Source: Octopus bimaculoides
Lineage: Eukaryota
Assembly (NCBI RefSeq): GCF_001194135.2
Contig: NC_068997.1
Coordinates: 41,666,002-41,713,621, forward strand
Direction: 5' to 3'
DNA: 47,620 nt
Position 1 is the stretch's first letter, and the number at the start of each line of letters is the position of its first letter. Under the pieces are notes generated by a model. The model saw only the letters and a program-made list of their open reading frames with translations, did not search any database and had not been told where the DNA came from. Shown here piece by piece: positions 11,761 through 24,066 of the stretch. A program made the translations under genes and the position numbers.

Positions 11761-12544
11761 CGATGATTGGATGAGAGACGTAAGAATACGGAATAATTGG
11801 AAAATTCTACATAAGAGAAGTTTATTACTTTGTGATTCAAAATAAATATGTTGCTTCTGATTGGATCATCTGGTGATGTTGGCAACACCAAAATACTGGA
11901 TGGGATAATCATTAAGTCTATTTTTCCAGGAAGGGATGTTTAGTAATAATAAAATAAAGAAAGAGGCAATGTCTTAGGGGTGGGGCTAGTAATGGTAGGA
12001 CTTAGGAGTGCGTGTGTGTGTGTGCGGGGGGTGTACATGTTTGTAGGTAGGTAGGTAGGTAGGTAGGTATTTATGTACGTACTTATGTATGTATGTCCGT
12101 TTTCTCTCTTTAATTTAGAATAAATTTTGACCGCCCACTTCTTGGTAGCAAGGTTATAAAGGAAAGTACCTTGATTTAACCATCGGCCAGTAAACCTTAA
12201 TAAGGTCTTGCAGGTTTTTATAGCCCCAAGTATCATGATCATTTATAGCGTTATGATTTAAGGATTTGCGTTCTCATCCCAACATCCTAAATTCATTCAT
12301 ATTTTGCTCCAGACGGGTCGCTATGTATCTTGTGGCTCCAATGTATGTATGTATCTGTTCGGTGAGATATGGTAAACCCACTAAGAAGAAGTACTCAAAG
12401 TATTAATACTGAGTGTGAACATATGCTATTAAAACAGAGTCCGACAAAAGGCATTTCGTTTCGGTCCAGTACACCGCAGGAACGATCCAAGAAATATTTA
12501 CTCCTTATGTAACCTATTACCACAGAAAAGTGTTTAAGTTCGAG

Positions 12545-12577
<33 letters not shown>

Positions 12578-12639
12578 CGACGACGATGACGATGATGATG
12601 ATAAAGATGGGACTAAATGATAAATGGCTGGAACGAATG

Positions 12640-12988
12640 GAGGATAGATAAGAAACGGACAGTAAAATAAACTGAAAGAATACTTAAGATAAAATGAGCA
12701 GAAATGGGAAAAAATAGTGCTTGATATGCTGGTATATAGATGATGACAATGATGATGATGATGTTGGTGGTGATGGTGGTGATGATGATGATGTTGGTGG
12801 TGATGGTGGTGGTGCTGGTAGTGAGAACACGAATAAAGAATTGATGCGTGGTTCCCGATATATGTGATAAAAGATAATGATGATTGTAAAGTGGTAACCA
12901 GTCCCTAGGGACAATCATAGCGTTTAAGTGGACGGAGTCTTAATCCACAACAGTAACCAAGTAGACATTCGAAACGCGTGTATGCTTG

Positions 12989-12990
<2 letters not shown>
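12640..12990 (+). repeat. Left arm of old inverted duplication centred on (TA)n/gap
   Basis: Collinear blocks ATGAGCAGAAA, GGTATATAGAT, ACCAGTCCCTAG, TTAAGTGGACGG, GTAACCAA and AAACGCGT all recur as reverse complements in 13805-14070. Confidence 0.85.
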
Positions 12991-13021
<31 letters not shown>

Positions 13022-13804
13022 ACGGAAAACATGCATATATGTATATATATATATANNNNNNNNNNNNNNNNNNNNNNNNNNNNNNNNNNNNNNNNNNNNN
13101 NNNNNNNNNNNNNNNNNNNNNNNNNNNNNNNNNNNNNNNNNNNNNNNNNNNNNNNNNNNNNNNNNNNNNNNNNNNNNNNNNNNNNNNNNNNNNNNNNNNN
13201 NNNNNNNNNNNNNNNNNNNNNNNNNNNNNNNNNNNNNNNNNNNNNNNNNNNNNNNNNNNNNNNNNNNNNNNNNNNNNNNNNNNNNNNNNNNNNNNNNNNN
13301 NNNNNNNNNNNNNNNNNNNNNNNNNNNNNNNNNNNNNNNNNNNNNNNNNNNNNNNNNNNNNNNNNNNNNNNNNNNNNNNNNNNNNNNNNNNNNNNNNNNN
13401 NNNNNNNNNNNNNNNNNNNNNNNNNNNNNNNNNNNNNNNNNNNNNNNNNNNNNNNNNNNNNNNNNNNNNNNNNNNNNNNNNNNNNNNNNNNNNNNNNNNN
13501 NNNNNNNNNNNNNNNNNNNNNNNNNNNNNNNNNNNNNNNNNNNNNNNNNNNNNNNNNNNNNNNNNNNNNNNNNNNNNNNNNNNNNNNNNNNNNNNNNNNN
13601 NNNNNNNNNNNNNNNNNNNNNNNNNNNNNNNNNNNNNNNNNNNNNNNNNNNNNNNNNNATATTTATAATATATATATTTATAATATATATATTCATATAT
13701 ATATATATATATAATAGATAATATATATGTATGTATACACGCGCACAGACACACACATATATATATAACAGCCATGTATATATACGTACACGTGTGTGGG
13801 CGAT

Positions 13805-14070
13805 GAATGTATGTATTTGCATGTACGTTCGTACGCGTTTGATCGTTTCCGTATTTGGTTACAACAGAGAAACAAGGAACCGTCCACTTAACTATACAAT
13901 TGTCTCTAGGGACTGGTCATCGTTTTACCATCCTCATCATCACCATCACCATCACCATCATCACCGTCGTCGTCATCATCATCATCATCATTATCTATAT
14001 ACCTGCTATTTCAGTTTCTGCTCATCCAGTTTCCTTTTATTTATTTTAATCTTATATTCATATCTTTTTT
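13805..14070 (-). repeat. Right arm of old inverted duplication
   Basis: About 70% identity to 12850-12990 by eye; (GAT)n in the left arm is mirrored by (CAT)n in the right arm. Confidence 0.85.
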
Positions 14071-14204
14071 CTTTTTTTCTTTTTTTTTGTGTGTGTATAT
14101 TTTTATCCATCTTTCAATCTCCCTATTTCTCTTTCTTTCTCTCTTATTTCATCTCTCTATCTTCTGGTTCTTATTTTTTTTTAATTCGATCTTTGCCCTA
14201 ATTC

Positions 14205-14395
14205 CATCACCTCCACCACCACCATCATCATCATCATCATCATCATCATTGTCATCATCATCACCATCACCACCACCATCATCCCTATAATCATCATCGT
14301 CATCATCCTCATCACCACCACCACCACCACTACTATCACCATCATCATCATCATCACCATCACCATCATTATCACCATCATCATCATCACCAACA
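14205..14395. repeat. (CAT/CAC)n microsatellite
   Basis: Read directly. Confidence 0.95.
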
Positions 14396-14419
14396 TTACT
14401 GATATTAATACACGTTATT

Positions 14420-14815
14420 TTTTTTATCTTTTACTGGTTTCAGTCATTGGATTGCAGCCAAACTGGGGCACTGCTTTGAGGGCATTAAACCGCCAATCGA
14501 CTCCAGAACTTTTTTTTACGTCCGATACTTATTCTGTCGATCTCTTTTGTTGAACCACTGGGTTGCTGTGACGTAAACAAACCAATAACTGTTGTGAAGT
14601 GCGTGTGGGACAAGCACCAACACAAAGACATGCACACACATGTATATATGTTTGTGTGTATATATGCGACAGGATTCGACACGGTTTCCGTCTATCACTC
14701 AGAAGGCATTGGTCGACCTGGGGCTATTGTAGAAGACACTTGCCTCAGATGCAGCGCAATAGGGTTGATCCTGAAAGCTTCTGGTTGCAAAGCGAGCTCC
14801 TTACCCACACAACAA
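14420..14815 (-). mobile_element. SINE family 1, diverged near-full copy
   Basis: GTTTCAGTCATTGGA..., GCTATTGTAGAAGACACTTGCC and the head remnant CTTACCCACACA are all present. Confidence 0.85.
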
Positions 14816-14884
14816 TACCCCAATTAATCGCTGACATGTTTCACGTGTGAAACAAAATGCTTTTTGTTGGCCTCACTTGTCTTT

Positions 14885-15515
14885 AAAAACACTCACATAT
14901 AGACACACGCATACACTCATGCATAGGCATACACACATACACACACATGCACACATACACACGTACTCATAAACATATACAATCGCACAGACATATAACC
15001 ACACATTCACATATACATACACAGACATACCCACACCACACACATCCACATAGGCATACATTTACACACATACACATGCACACACACAAACTCATACATA
15101 CACACATAGAAACATACACACATACACATACACACATACACACAGGCATATAGCCACACACTCAGACATACACAGACATTTACACACACAGACATACACA
15201 GACCTCACACATTCACACAGGCATTTATACATGCATATACACACAGACATCTACACATACACACATTCATACATTCACACACACATTCATACACAGGCAT
15301 ATACACACATACCCACATACACACAGGCATATAGCCACATACATATTTAGACACAGACATACACAGACCTCACACATCCACACAGGCATTTATACATGCA
15401 TATACACACACAGACATACACGCATGCACACATTTCTATACACATACTCATACACACACATACTAACACACACACACACACACACACACATACACACACA
15501 CATACATACATCTAT
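14885..15515. repeat. CA-rich degenerate satellite
   Basis: About 630 nt of (CA/TA)n with recurring CAGGCAT and CAGAC units. Confidence 0.9.
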
Positions 15516-15641
15516 ATGCACTATTACTCCTTTCTAATTATGTGCAAGATTGCATTTTGCTATATTTAAATTTGTTTGAGTGGTAGCAATTATTTTGTAT
15601 TACAGTTCCAGAAGAATCAATGTTTTGATTCAGCTATCCTC

Positions 15642-15698
<57 letters not shown>

Positions 15699-15897
15699 TG
15701 CAACCACCAACTCTCGGAGTACGAATAGCTCATCCAAGAATACTTCTCCACCTTCTTCGATCTTCTGCTGAATCTTCAAACCTATTATTTCCCATAATGC
15801 TATCCAAATATTTTCTTGGTCTTCCTCGAGGTTTTTTTCTCCCAAATGTTTTTTCGAGCGTAGTTCGGGAAAAAGACACCGGCAAGTCATTACTTAG

Positions 15898-16025
15898 CAG
15901 TTCGGCACAATAGACCGATAGAATAAGTACTATAAGTACCATTAGTACTATAAGTAATTACTACAATCGATTTATTTGACTAAACTCTTCAAGGCGGTGC
16001 CCTAGCATCTAAAGACTGAGACATG
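15898..16025 (+). mobile_element. SINE family 1, 3' fragment
   Basis: GCAGTTCGGCACAATAGACCGATAGAATAAGTACTA...AAGGCGGTGCCCTAGCAT. Confidence 0.75.
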
Positions 16026-16224
16026 TCCAAAAAGATGACATGTCCGAAGCATTTACGTTTTTATTTGTCTAGCAAAAGACTGCGGCATGAATTGGTGACA
16101 CTGTGTGACACAATTTTTGTCCTTGGATAGCAACTGTTATTTCTTATTTGCTTATCCTTAGAAAATATGAAAACTGGTTATTTTCTTCATATCTTACTTT
16201 TGTTACATTTATTCAAACTCCAAA

Positions 16225-16380
16225 AAATCCCTCTCAACACATGGCTATGATTCTCCCCTACTACTACTGCTCATGATCAGAGATGCACATATTGTCAGCC
16301 ACTTAGGGACATGCTCGAGTGATTAAGATCAAGCAACTGACCAGCAAATTTGTGGTATTGAGCAGAATATTTGTTATAAA
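16225..16380. repeat. Dispersed repeat family D fragment (opposite orientation to 20180 and 45290 copies)
   Basis: CTCAACACATGGCTATGAT...AGAGATGCACATATTGTCA...GTGGTATTGAGCAGAATATTTG is the reverse complement of about 20290-20430. Confidence 0.85.
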
Positions 16381-17999
16381 AATATTTCTGCTTCAGCAAC
16401 TCAGCACTGAACTTGTGTGAAATGTAATGGAAAAATAGGTCAGTTTCAAAACATTGATCTCCAGGTCACAAAAGCAAAGTTTGAAGGGAATAGTAGTCAC
16501 TTCCTTCGATTTCTAGACAGAAGCAAATAGGAAATAACACTTAGTGACCAAAGACAAAGAAATTAAAATTAAAATTTTGTAACACTGTAATCCAAATATC
16601 ATTTTTTTTTCAACTAACTAAATCTATAACAATACACATTATAACACACAAAAAGAGTCTCATGATTTTTCTTTTCTTGGAAACAATCACATTATAGGCC
16701 CGACAATGAGAAGCTTCCTCACAGCTTCAGATCTTCCGTGTGTCTGTGTCTGTTACATTTTATAAGTCACTCAGAGAAGGAAGGGCAGGATCTGTGACTC
16801 ATTGGTGAGGTTGAATGTGACCGATGCCCAACTTGAACATCTGCAGGGTAACTCCTGCAAATAGAACTGTACGTGGATACGGAACCATGTTATTTGATCT
16901 AGTCTAAAAGTACTCAGTCTCTAAATGTTGTTGTTCTTTACCTATATTTTGGACCTGACTGAGCAAACTCATAATGAAAAGCTTTCCAATAATGACCATC
17001 CTTTTTTTTTTTTACTTTTGTATTTCTAAAGATATCATGTATCTAATACTATATTATCCAGTGTAGTCTTAGATATCCTTCTTAAGCTGGTAGGATATGA
17101 TTTAAAGAGAATTTAGCAACTATTTTTAGCAGATCATATAAAGATACCCTTGTTGGTTCATCCAGATGGAAATGTTAAACTGAGTGGCGTGTTAGATCTA
17201 GAGTCCATTAGTTTGGAAAGTGTTTGTTNNNNNNNNNNNNNNNNNNNNNNNNNNNNNNNNNNNNNNNNNNNNNNNNNNNNNNNNNNNNNNNNNNNNNNNN
17301 NNNNNNNNNNNNNNNNNNNNNNNNNNNNNNNNNNNNNNNNNNNNNNNNNNNNNNNNNNNNNNNNNNNNNNNNNNNNNNNNNNNNNNNNNNNNNNNNNNNN
17401 NNNNNNNNNNNNNNNNNNNNNNNTATAAGTAAATATTATTTTTAAAAATCTATTTTAAAAAATTGTGAGTTTGAAAAAAATTATTGCTCTTATATTTTAA
17501 CAGCAGAATCTTATATTGACTCCATGAGTCATATGGACCCCAGTTGAGAACCATTGTTTGGCAGAATAATATTATTTTTATAAAACTCTATGCTGAAATG
17601 TCTCTTCGGTAAAAACTCATTTCTATGAAAATTCGCTTCGATAAAAAGAAGTTTCAATAAAGGTCGCAGCACCATTGTAATGTTCATGTCCGCCCCCACT
17701 CAATCACAACATACTGAAACTAACTTTTCATTCTATTGTCCATGTCTTCTCACCAGCCAGGACTTAAGATATCTTATTACATTTCAAGATGTTTATATTA
17801 AGGATGACACCAAATCACTCTATTATAATTCGTTTTCCTATATTTCTGATTTCATATAATAAAACAGGGATTTATTCTTAATTATCTTGAGAAATATATA
17901 ATTTTGTTTTGATATTTATTCTTCGTAGCAAAATTATATGATTTTATTATCATTTCACTGATTTCAGACTTTGGTCAATGTTAAAACCGTTTATATCCA

Positions 18000-18860
18000 T
18001 CTAGTTTAAGTAGACAGATACTTATTTAATCTGCCGCGGATGGATGAAATCTATAGTCTTCTTCATTCCTATCCTTCCTCATCGCTAGAATTTTTAAGTG
18101 TTTAGAAGTTTTCTTTAATACATTTCAGACTTCTACTTACTTGCGTAGCAACATCATTTGTGAGGATTTTCCTGCTAAGCGATTTATTTACGTTGGTGTC
18201 TATTACAGTGAGTGTTATTTAAGTGCTCACTACGCAACATCTAACTTGAACATTGATGTTATTCTCAACCTGTCTATATAGTAAGAGATCGATTAATTTA
18301 TGTACTTTCTAATCTGATATTGTTTCCAGGATTATAGAGAAAAACTTAAATATTTCTGCACTTGTATCAATGTGCAACGTGCCATTATTATGAAACTTCC
18401 GTTACATTCAACGATTTTCGAGATTTGACGATGAATATATTATACTGAGAAACCAATATAGAAGATTTGATGCGTAAACTTTAACTAAATAATTCCAGCG
18501 ACTATAGAATTAATTTTATTCGACCACTCAATTTTTGCTTTTCTCTGATAAAAGTTAAACATCAAAAGCACAAAGCACGATTTATGGAATCAAAGCCCAC
18601 GTTCTTTTTGATCGAAAGAGTGTTTGTATTGAAAATCGATATACTTACTATGATGTTCACCTTAAAACTTAACCAACGACGATAATTCCTTTTATCGAGG
18701 ATTACAGAGTTAAAAGAATATTTCCCGAGATTTCGAGGCATATAAACCTGCTTCATCTCAAATTGAAAAGGAGATTCAGCTACTTCTGAAGGATTCTAGA
18801 TTCAAAGCAACTCTGATAGATCTTCCACTGCCTGTTTTTGCTAAATGTCTGGCTTGACAT
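18000..18860 (-). mobile_element. Ancient LINE RT remnant
   Basis: Minus-strand translation gives, in RT order, RNYRRWLS, GFDSINRAL (plus 18571-18597, AFDS-like motif), VYASNLL (YADD-like) and EIFKFFSII (FKYLG-like), with stops and deletions. Confidence 0.4.
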
Positions 18861-20010
18861 CATCTCAAAACAAAATTAATTAAAACAAAATTAATACCTC
18901 TCATTAAGATATAATACCAGTATCTTTTTTTATTATTATTGATTCGAAACCATTCTTTAGTTGAAATTATTCAACATGAAGCTTTAAGGAGAGATACATA
19001 CAAGTATGCTCCATTCGGTGCATAATTTTGCCTTGAAGTACAGCAGTCAAACTGCATGAACGCTATGAATAAAAACACAGCACTTGTCATTTCGCCTTGT
19101 CAGTGTGAAGTGATATTTAGCATAATACAAGCATATGAATAGGAGCAAAAGATAGATATCTAACCCTTTCATAGTAATTGCACTAAATCCTATTAAAATG
19201 TGCATTTTATTTCTGCAAAATATCTGAATTATAAACTTAATTTCCGTCAATCAACTCAATATTTGTGACGTTGCTATCGCGAAAAATTTCTTGTATTCAT
19301 AGATTTTCGCCTGAATCAGACAAATATTTGTTCATACTTCAACTACTTCCAACATTGGATTATATTTTTATTGAGAGCCAGTGAATCAAAGATCAATAAC
19401 CTACTACATGTTCAGAGCATTATCTTATCTTCAATCTATCTTATATTCGTTAAGCGCAGTTGTGAAAATGCCAACAATTGCTTTGTCAAACTTTACTGGA
19501 TGCCAATAAATCAGATGATCATATTTAAAACATCATCGATGACTAAGAAATACTTCTGTGATATTGCCCCAGTTTCTCACCTTCTTCGTGTAAAATATTT
19601 ATCAGCACTGACCCTCGACATTAAATCATTTTTCAACAATGGACGTATTACCTGGCAAGTCATTATGATTGATCTTCTCCGAATATCTAATTCAATTGAC
19701 GTATTCAAACATCAAACGAGACATTTGTAATTCGATGATTTCTTTTCCATTTTTCTCCAGAATCTCTTTCAGCCGTAATTCTTTGATATAAGTTGAACAA
19801 TAATTCCATACTTTTATTATGGTTCTTTACTATCTCTGTCTCTAACTTAAAGTAATTATGGCATTCTGTAAACATCATTAATCATTTATTAATTATGTCA
19901 TTACTGTCCAAACTATTATAAAATAATTTGCCAAGATTATCTGCTATTCAGTAACTTCTAGTCTATGGTATGAGTAACTGGTTATATCCTCCCCTGTTCA
20001 TTTATATGAA

Positions 20011-20018
20011 TTTATCTT

Positions 20019-20103
<85 letters not shown>

Positions 20104-20129
20104 CAGTGTCTCACAAATTGTAGAGATCT

Positions 20130-20179
<50 letters not shown>

Positions 20180-20180
20180 C
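20011..20180. repeat. (CT)n and (AAT)n microsatellites
   Basis: Read directly. Confidence 0.95.
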
Positions 20181-20595
20181 AAGACCTGATGCAGTACCAG
20201 GCAGTGGCTTGCATGGCTTCTGATCTTAATTGATTGGAAGTGTTATCATGTACATTGTTTTGTCTTGGTATAAAAGATGGGTTACAGTAAATATTCTGCT
20301 CAATACCACAGATTTACTTGTCAGTTGCTTGACCTTAACCAGTTGAGCATGTCCCTTGGTGGATGACAATATGTGCATCTCTGATCTCAAGCAGAAGTAG
20401 TGGGAGAGCATCATAGCCATGTGTTGAGGGGAATTCTTTAGGGTTTGGAAACATGGGTGTTTCGTTCAACATTCTTAAACAAACCTTATTCAGGGACCTT
20501 TTGAGGGGCATTGTCTACTCGACCTGAAGAAAATTCCAACCGGGTCTCGCCTGCAAGGTCATGCGCTGTCTATCTTGATATGAATTCACCATGTC
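20180..20595. repeat. Dispersed repeat family D
   Basis: Collinear and highly similar to 45290-45715, starting CCTGATGCAGTACCAGGCAGTGG next to a trinucleotide tract. Confidence 0.9.
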
Positions 20596-20794
20596 AGAAC
20601 GGAAAGAAACAAATTGAGGAGCGGTGGAGCCTGAAACCCTTGCATAGAGAATATATTCTTCGAATCAAAATGCTGATATAGACCAAGTAACAACCCATCA
20701 GTAGCTGAAAAGATCAGGACTGAAAGCAGAGACTGAAGGTTTCATACTGGCGGCACAAGATCAAAGCTGGCTTACCAGAAATTACCAGGCGAAC
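20595..20794 (+). mobile_element. R4/Dong-like LINE fragment, inverted relative to the adjacent copy
   Basis: Translates to KQIEERWSLKPLH...THQ*LKRSGLKAETEGFILAAQDQS...RNYQAN; about 85% identical to the reverse complement of 21369-21585. Confidence 0.9.
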
Positions 20795-20795
20795 A

Positions 20796-23630
20796 CAAAT
20801 ATATCAATAGATAGAGTTTTTCTAAGGATGTGGGCAGTACTTGTCAACACAATCTTTTGGATTTCTCTGAGATCTTATCTCGATGTTTCTGACATCGCTT
20901 TTTTTTTTATCATACCTAGGGCACCTACAAAAATAGGAATAGTTCTCTCTCTTTAAGATGCCACATCTTTTGCACTTCAATTTCCAGGTCATTATATTTA
21001 CTTAGTTTGTCAAATTCCTTTACATATGTATTTATATCAGTGGGAACACTTATATCTATTAGTACAAGTATTTTCTTCCCTGTCTTTAATAATTATGTCT
21101 GGTCGATTAGCCTGAATCGTTCTGTCAGTGTTGACTGGAGTATCCCAGAGGATAGGGACATTTTTACTTTCAACGACTGTCTCAGGATGACGTTCATGCT
21201 AGTACGTAGGTGTTTACATATTTTCTAATGTAAATACTGTCCTACCCTATCGTGGCGATTTTTGTATTCGTTTAGAGTCAGCACAGGACATCCTGAGACG
21301 AGACGGTCTGTTGTTTCGTCAAATGTGTCGCAGAATCTGCATTTAAGTTCAGAACCGTTTTGAAGAACGTTAGTCTGGTAGTTTTTTAGGGGGGGTTTGT
21401 GTGAGCTTTGAACTTGTCCCGCCAATACGAAACCTTCTGTCTCTGCTTTCAGTCCTGAGCTTCTCAGCCACTGATGGGTTGTTGCTTGATCTAGATCAGT
21501 ATTTCGACTTCGAAGCATATACTGACCATGCAGAGGTTTCTGGCTCCATCGCTCCTCAATTTGTTTCTGTCCATTCATTATTGCAGTTTGCTTGATCCAT
21601 TTTGCTTGTTTTGTAATAGTGGTTTCAGGTTCTTCAAATATTTCAGGGTTAATGCCAAGTTCCCTTGCGAATTTGCAAGCTTTCTTGACAATAGAATGTA
21701 ATTTTTTGTTGCTTTCGTGTTTGCACACAAGTCGCAGCGTCCAGTCCTTTGTACTAGATAAGTACCTGTTCATTGCTATAGTGGGGGTCTTATAGCATAG
21801 TTCTACCTGCATCATTCCTCTTCCTCCATTACCTCTAGATAGGTAGAGACGATCAACATCTACTTTTGGGTGGCGCATGTTTTTAGAAGTTAGTAGTTTT
21901 CTTGTCTTCCAGTCCAGGTGCTGGAGAGTAATGGGGAGAGGGAGTCACCTTGAAAGATGCCTCGTTTGATATTGATGTTGTTAGTTTGGCTCATCCCATT
22001 ACTATGGTTTAGAAGGAGACGTTTGTTCCACTTGGCCATGCTACTCTGTAAGAATTTGGAGATGACAGGAGAGATCTTGTATATCTCAGAGGCCTTGAGT
22101 ATCCAATTATGTGGAACACTATCGAACGCTTTCCTGTAGTCTGTCCATGCCATACTTGGTATTTTCTGTTTGCTCGGCAATTCTCTACAATCATTTTGCT
22201 TATGAGTAATTGATCTTTGCACCCATAAGAATTCCTTTTTGCAGCCTTTTTGGGCTGGTGGAAAGATAGATCTCTGTTCATGGACAGCGTATATTCTGTC
22301 AGTTAAAATGGATGTAAGGATCTTTGGATTTTTTGCGTCTTCCGTTTTTGATAGAAGATATGCTGTTCCTTCGGTCATCCAGGCAGGTATTTGCTCTGGG
22401 TTCTGGATGACACCAGTCAGAGATGCATCGAAATTTCGGTGTACTTCTGTCAGACAATTCAGCCAGAAGTTAGGAATTCGCTCCAGTCCTGAGGTTTTCC
22501 AAGATACTATGAGAGAATTCAGCAAGACTGAGTCTACTGACATCATCAATAGAGAACCACTGGCAAATTTCTCAAGCAGCATAAAAAAAACAATATATAT
22601 AATGCTCTTAGACAGATTTTAAGTAATACGGGAACACATCTTAGCTCTTCTACTCCTATTGCCTCCCATTTCTGCTCTTCAGCTTCATCCAGTCTCACTT
22701 TCTCACGCTTTGTCCAGTGAGCTTCAGCATTATATTCTTTTTTGTTGTTCCTTATCTTCTTGCAGAACTCTTCCTTTTCCTCAGTCTTAGGTGGCTCCTT
22801 TACTTCTTTCTTAGTTTTGCCAATTTCCTTATAAAATTTCTTTACATCCATCTTGAATATCTTGTTTTGTCAATAAAATTTGATTCGTTTGTCAAACCTT
22901 CTGAGCCATTAGGCTTTCAGTTGTATTCGTTGTTTCAATTGTTTCTTAGTCGCAGAGAGGTTTATATAATCTTTGATTTTATATCTTTGCTTGATTTTTC
23001 TAGCTCGTTTCGTTAACATTTACTCCTCAACAAATTCATCGAGAACTGATACATCCGCCCGCAGAGATTCGATCTCTTTTTGTGTTGCTACTTTCCACTT
23101 AGGAGGTTTATTGACATGGTTGGTCCTTTTCTGTGTTGTCCTGATACCTAGTTGAGCAGTTACAACTTTAGCAATGGAATAGATGAGGTTATTTAAGGTT
23201 GTTAGGTTATTTCCCTTATTACTTAAGATCTGTCTAAGAGCAACATTATATATGTTATTTTTTATGCTGCTTGAGAACTTTGCCAGTGGTTCTCTATTGA
23301 TGATGTCAGTAGACTCAGTCTTGCTGAGTTCTCTCATAATATCTTCTTTTGCTTCTATGATCTCTCACCTCAAATTCTGTGTCGTACCTATTCTGGTGTT
23401 CTTGAGGTAGGTCTACTTTCTCCTATTTTCCCACATATCTGTTCTTCGCTATTCTTTCTTCAGCTTCCTCGTTAGGGTGTACTGCTCGTATACTGGGTTT
23501 TGTGCATCTGTTACCTATTTCATCTGCATTGTTGCTGCTTTCGTTTGGTCTACCATGAGATATTTGTGTCCTAATTTGATTAATTTCAGTGTCGGTTAAC
23601 CTTTTATTCTTAATGATGTCTCTACGTACA
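20796..23630 (-). mobile_element. Degraded non-LTR retrotransposon with RT, zinc knuckle and restriction-like endonuclease (R4/Dong-like)
   Basis: ORF fragments carry the RT motifs DYRKAFDSVPH and RGIFQGDSLSPLL, the knuckle CRFCDTFDETTDRLVSGC...RHD, the RLE motif QANRPDIIIKD and the C-terminal IQKIVLTSTAHILRKTLSI. The copy is frameshifted, and the YxDD region after LSPLL is deleted. Confidence 0.93.
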
Positions 23631-23632
23631 TT

Positions 23633-24066
23633 CTTTTACTCTTTTACTCTTTTACTTGTTTCAGTCATTTGACTGCGGCCATGCTGGAGCACCGCCTTTA
23701 GTCGAGCAAATCGACCCCAGGACTTATTCTATTGGACTCTTTTGCCGAACCGCTAACTTACGGGGACGTAAACACACCAGCATCGGTTGTCAAGCGATGT
23801 TGGGGGGACAAACAGACAAACAAACTCACATATNNNNNNNNNNNNNNNNNNNNNNNNNNNNNNNNNNNNNNNNNNNNNNTATATATATACATATACATAT
23901 ATACGACGGGCTTCTTTCAGTTTCCGCCTACCAAATCCACTCACAAGGCTTTGGTCGGCCCGAGGCTATAGTAGAAGACACTTGCCCAAGGTGCCACGCA
24001 GTGGGACTGAACCCGGAACCATGTGGTTGGTAAGCGAGCTACTTACCACACAGCCACTCCTGCGCC
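23633..24066 (-). mobile_element. SINE family 1, near-complete copy
   Basis: tRNA-like head with an A-box-like TGGCTGTGTGG and a B-box-like GGTTCAGTCCC, an internal microsatellite/gap and a (GAGTAAAA)n-like tail. Confidence 0.95.

Noticed and set aside
16770-16860. Possible exon on either strand (RRKGRICDSLVRLNVTDAQLEHLQ on plus; TTCTATTTGCAG acceptor on minus) and an AP-1 site
   Set aside because: Both readings are equally weak, with no recognisable protein.
19371-19730. 119-aa plus-strand ORF
   Set aside because: Its composition is typical of antisense or AT-rich chance ORFs, with no motif.
23990-24066. tRNA gene calls at SINE heads
   Set aside because: A/B-box-like motifs are present, but there is no cloverleaf and they are fused to SINE bodies.
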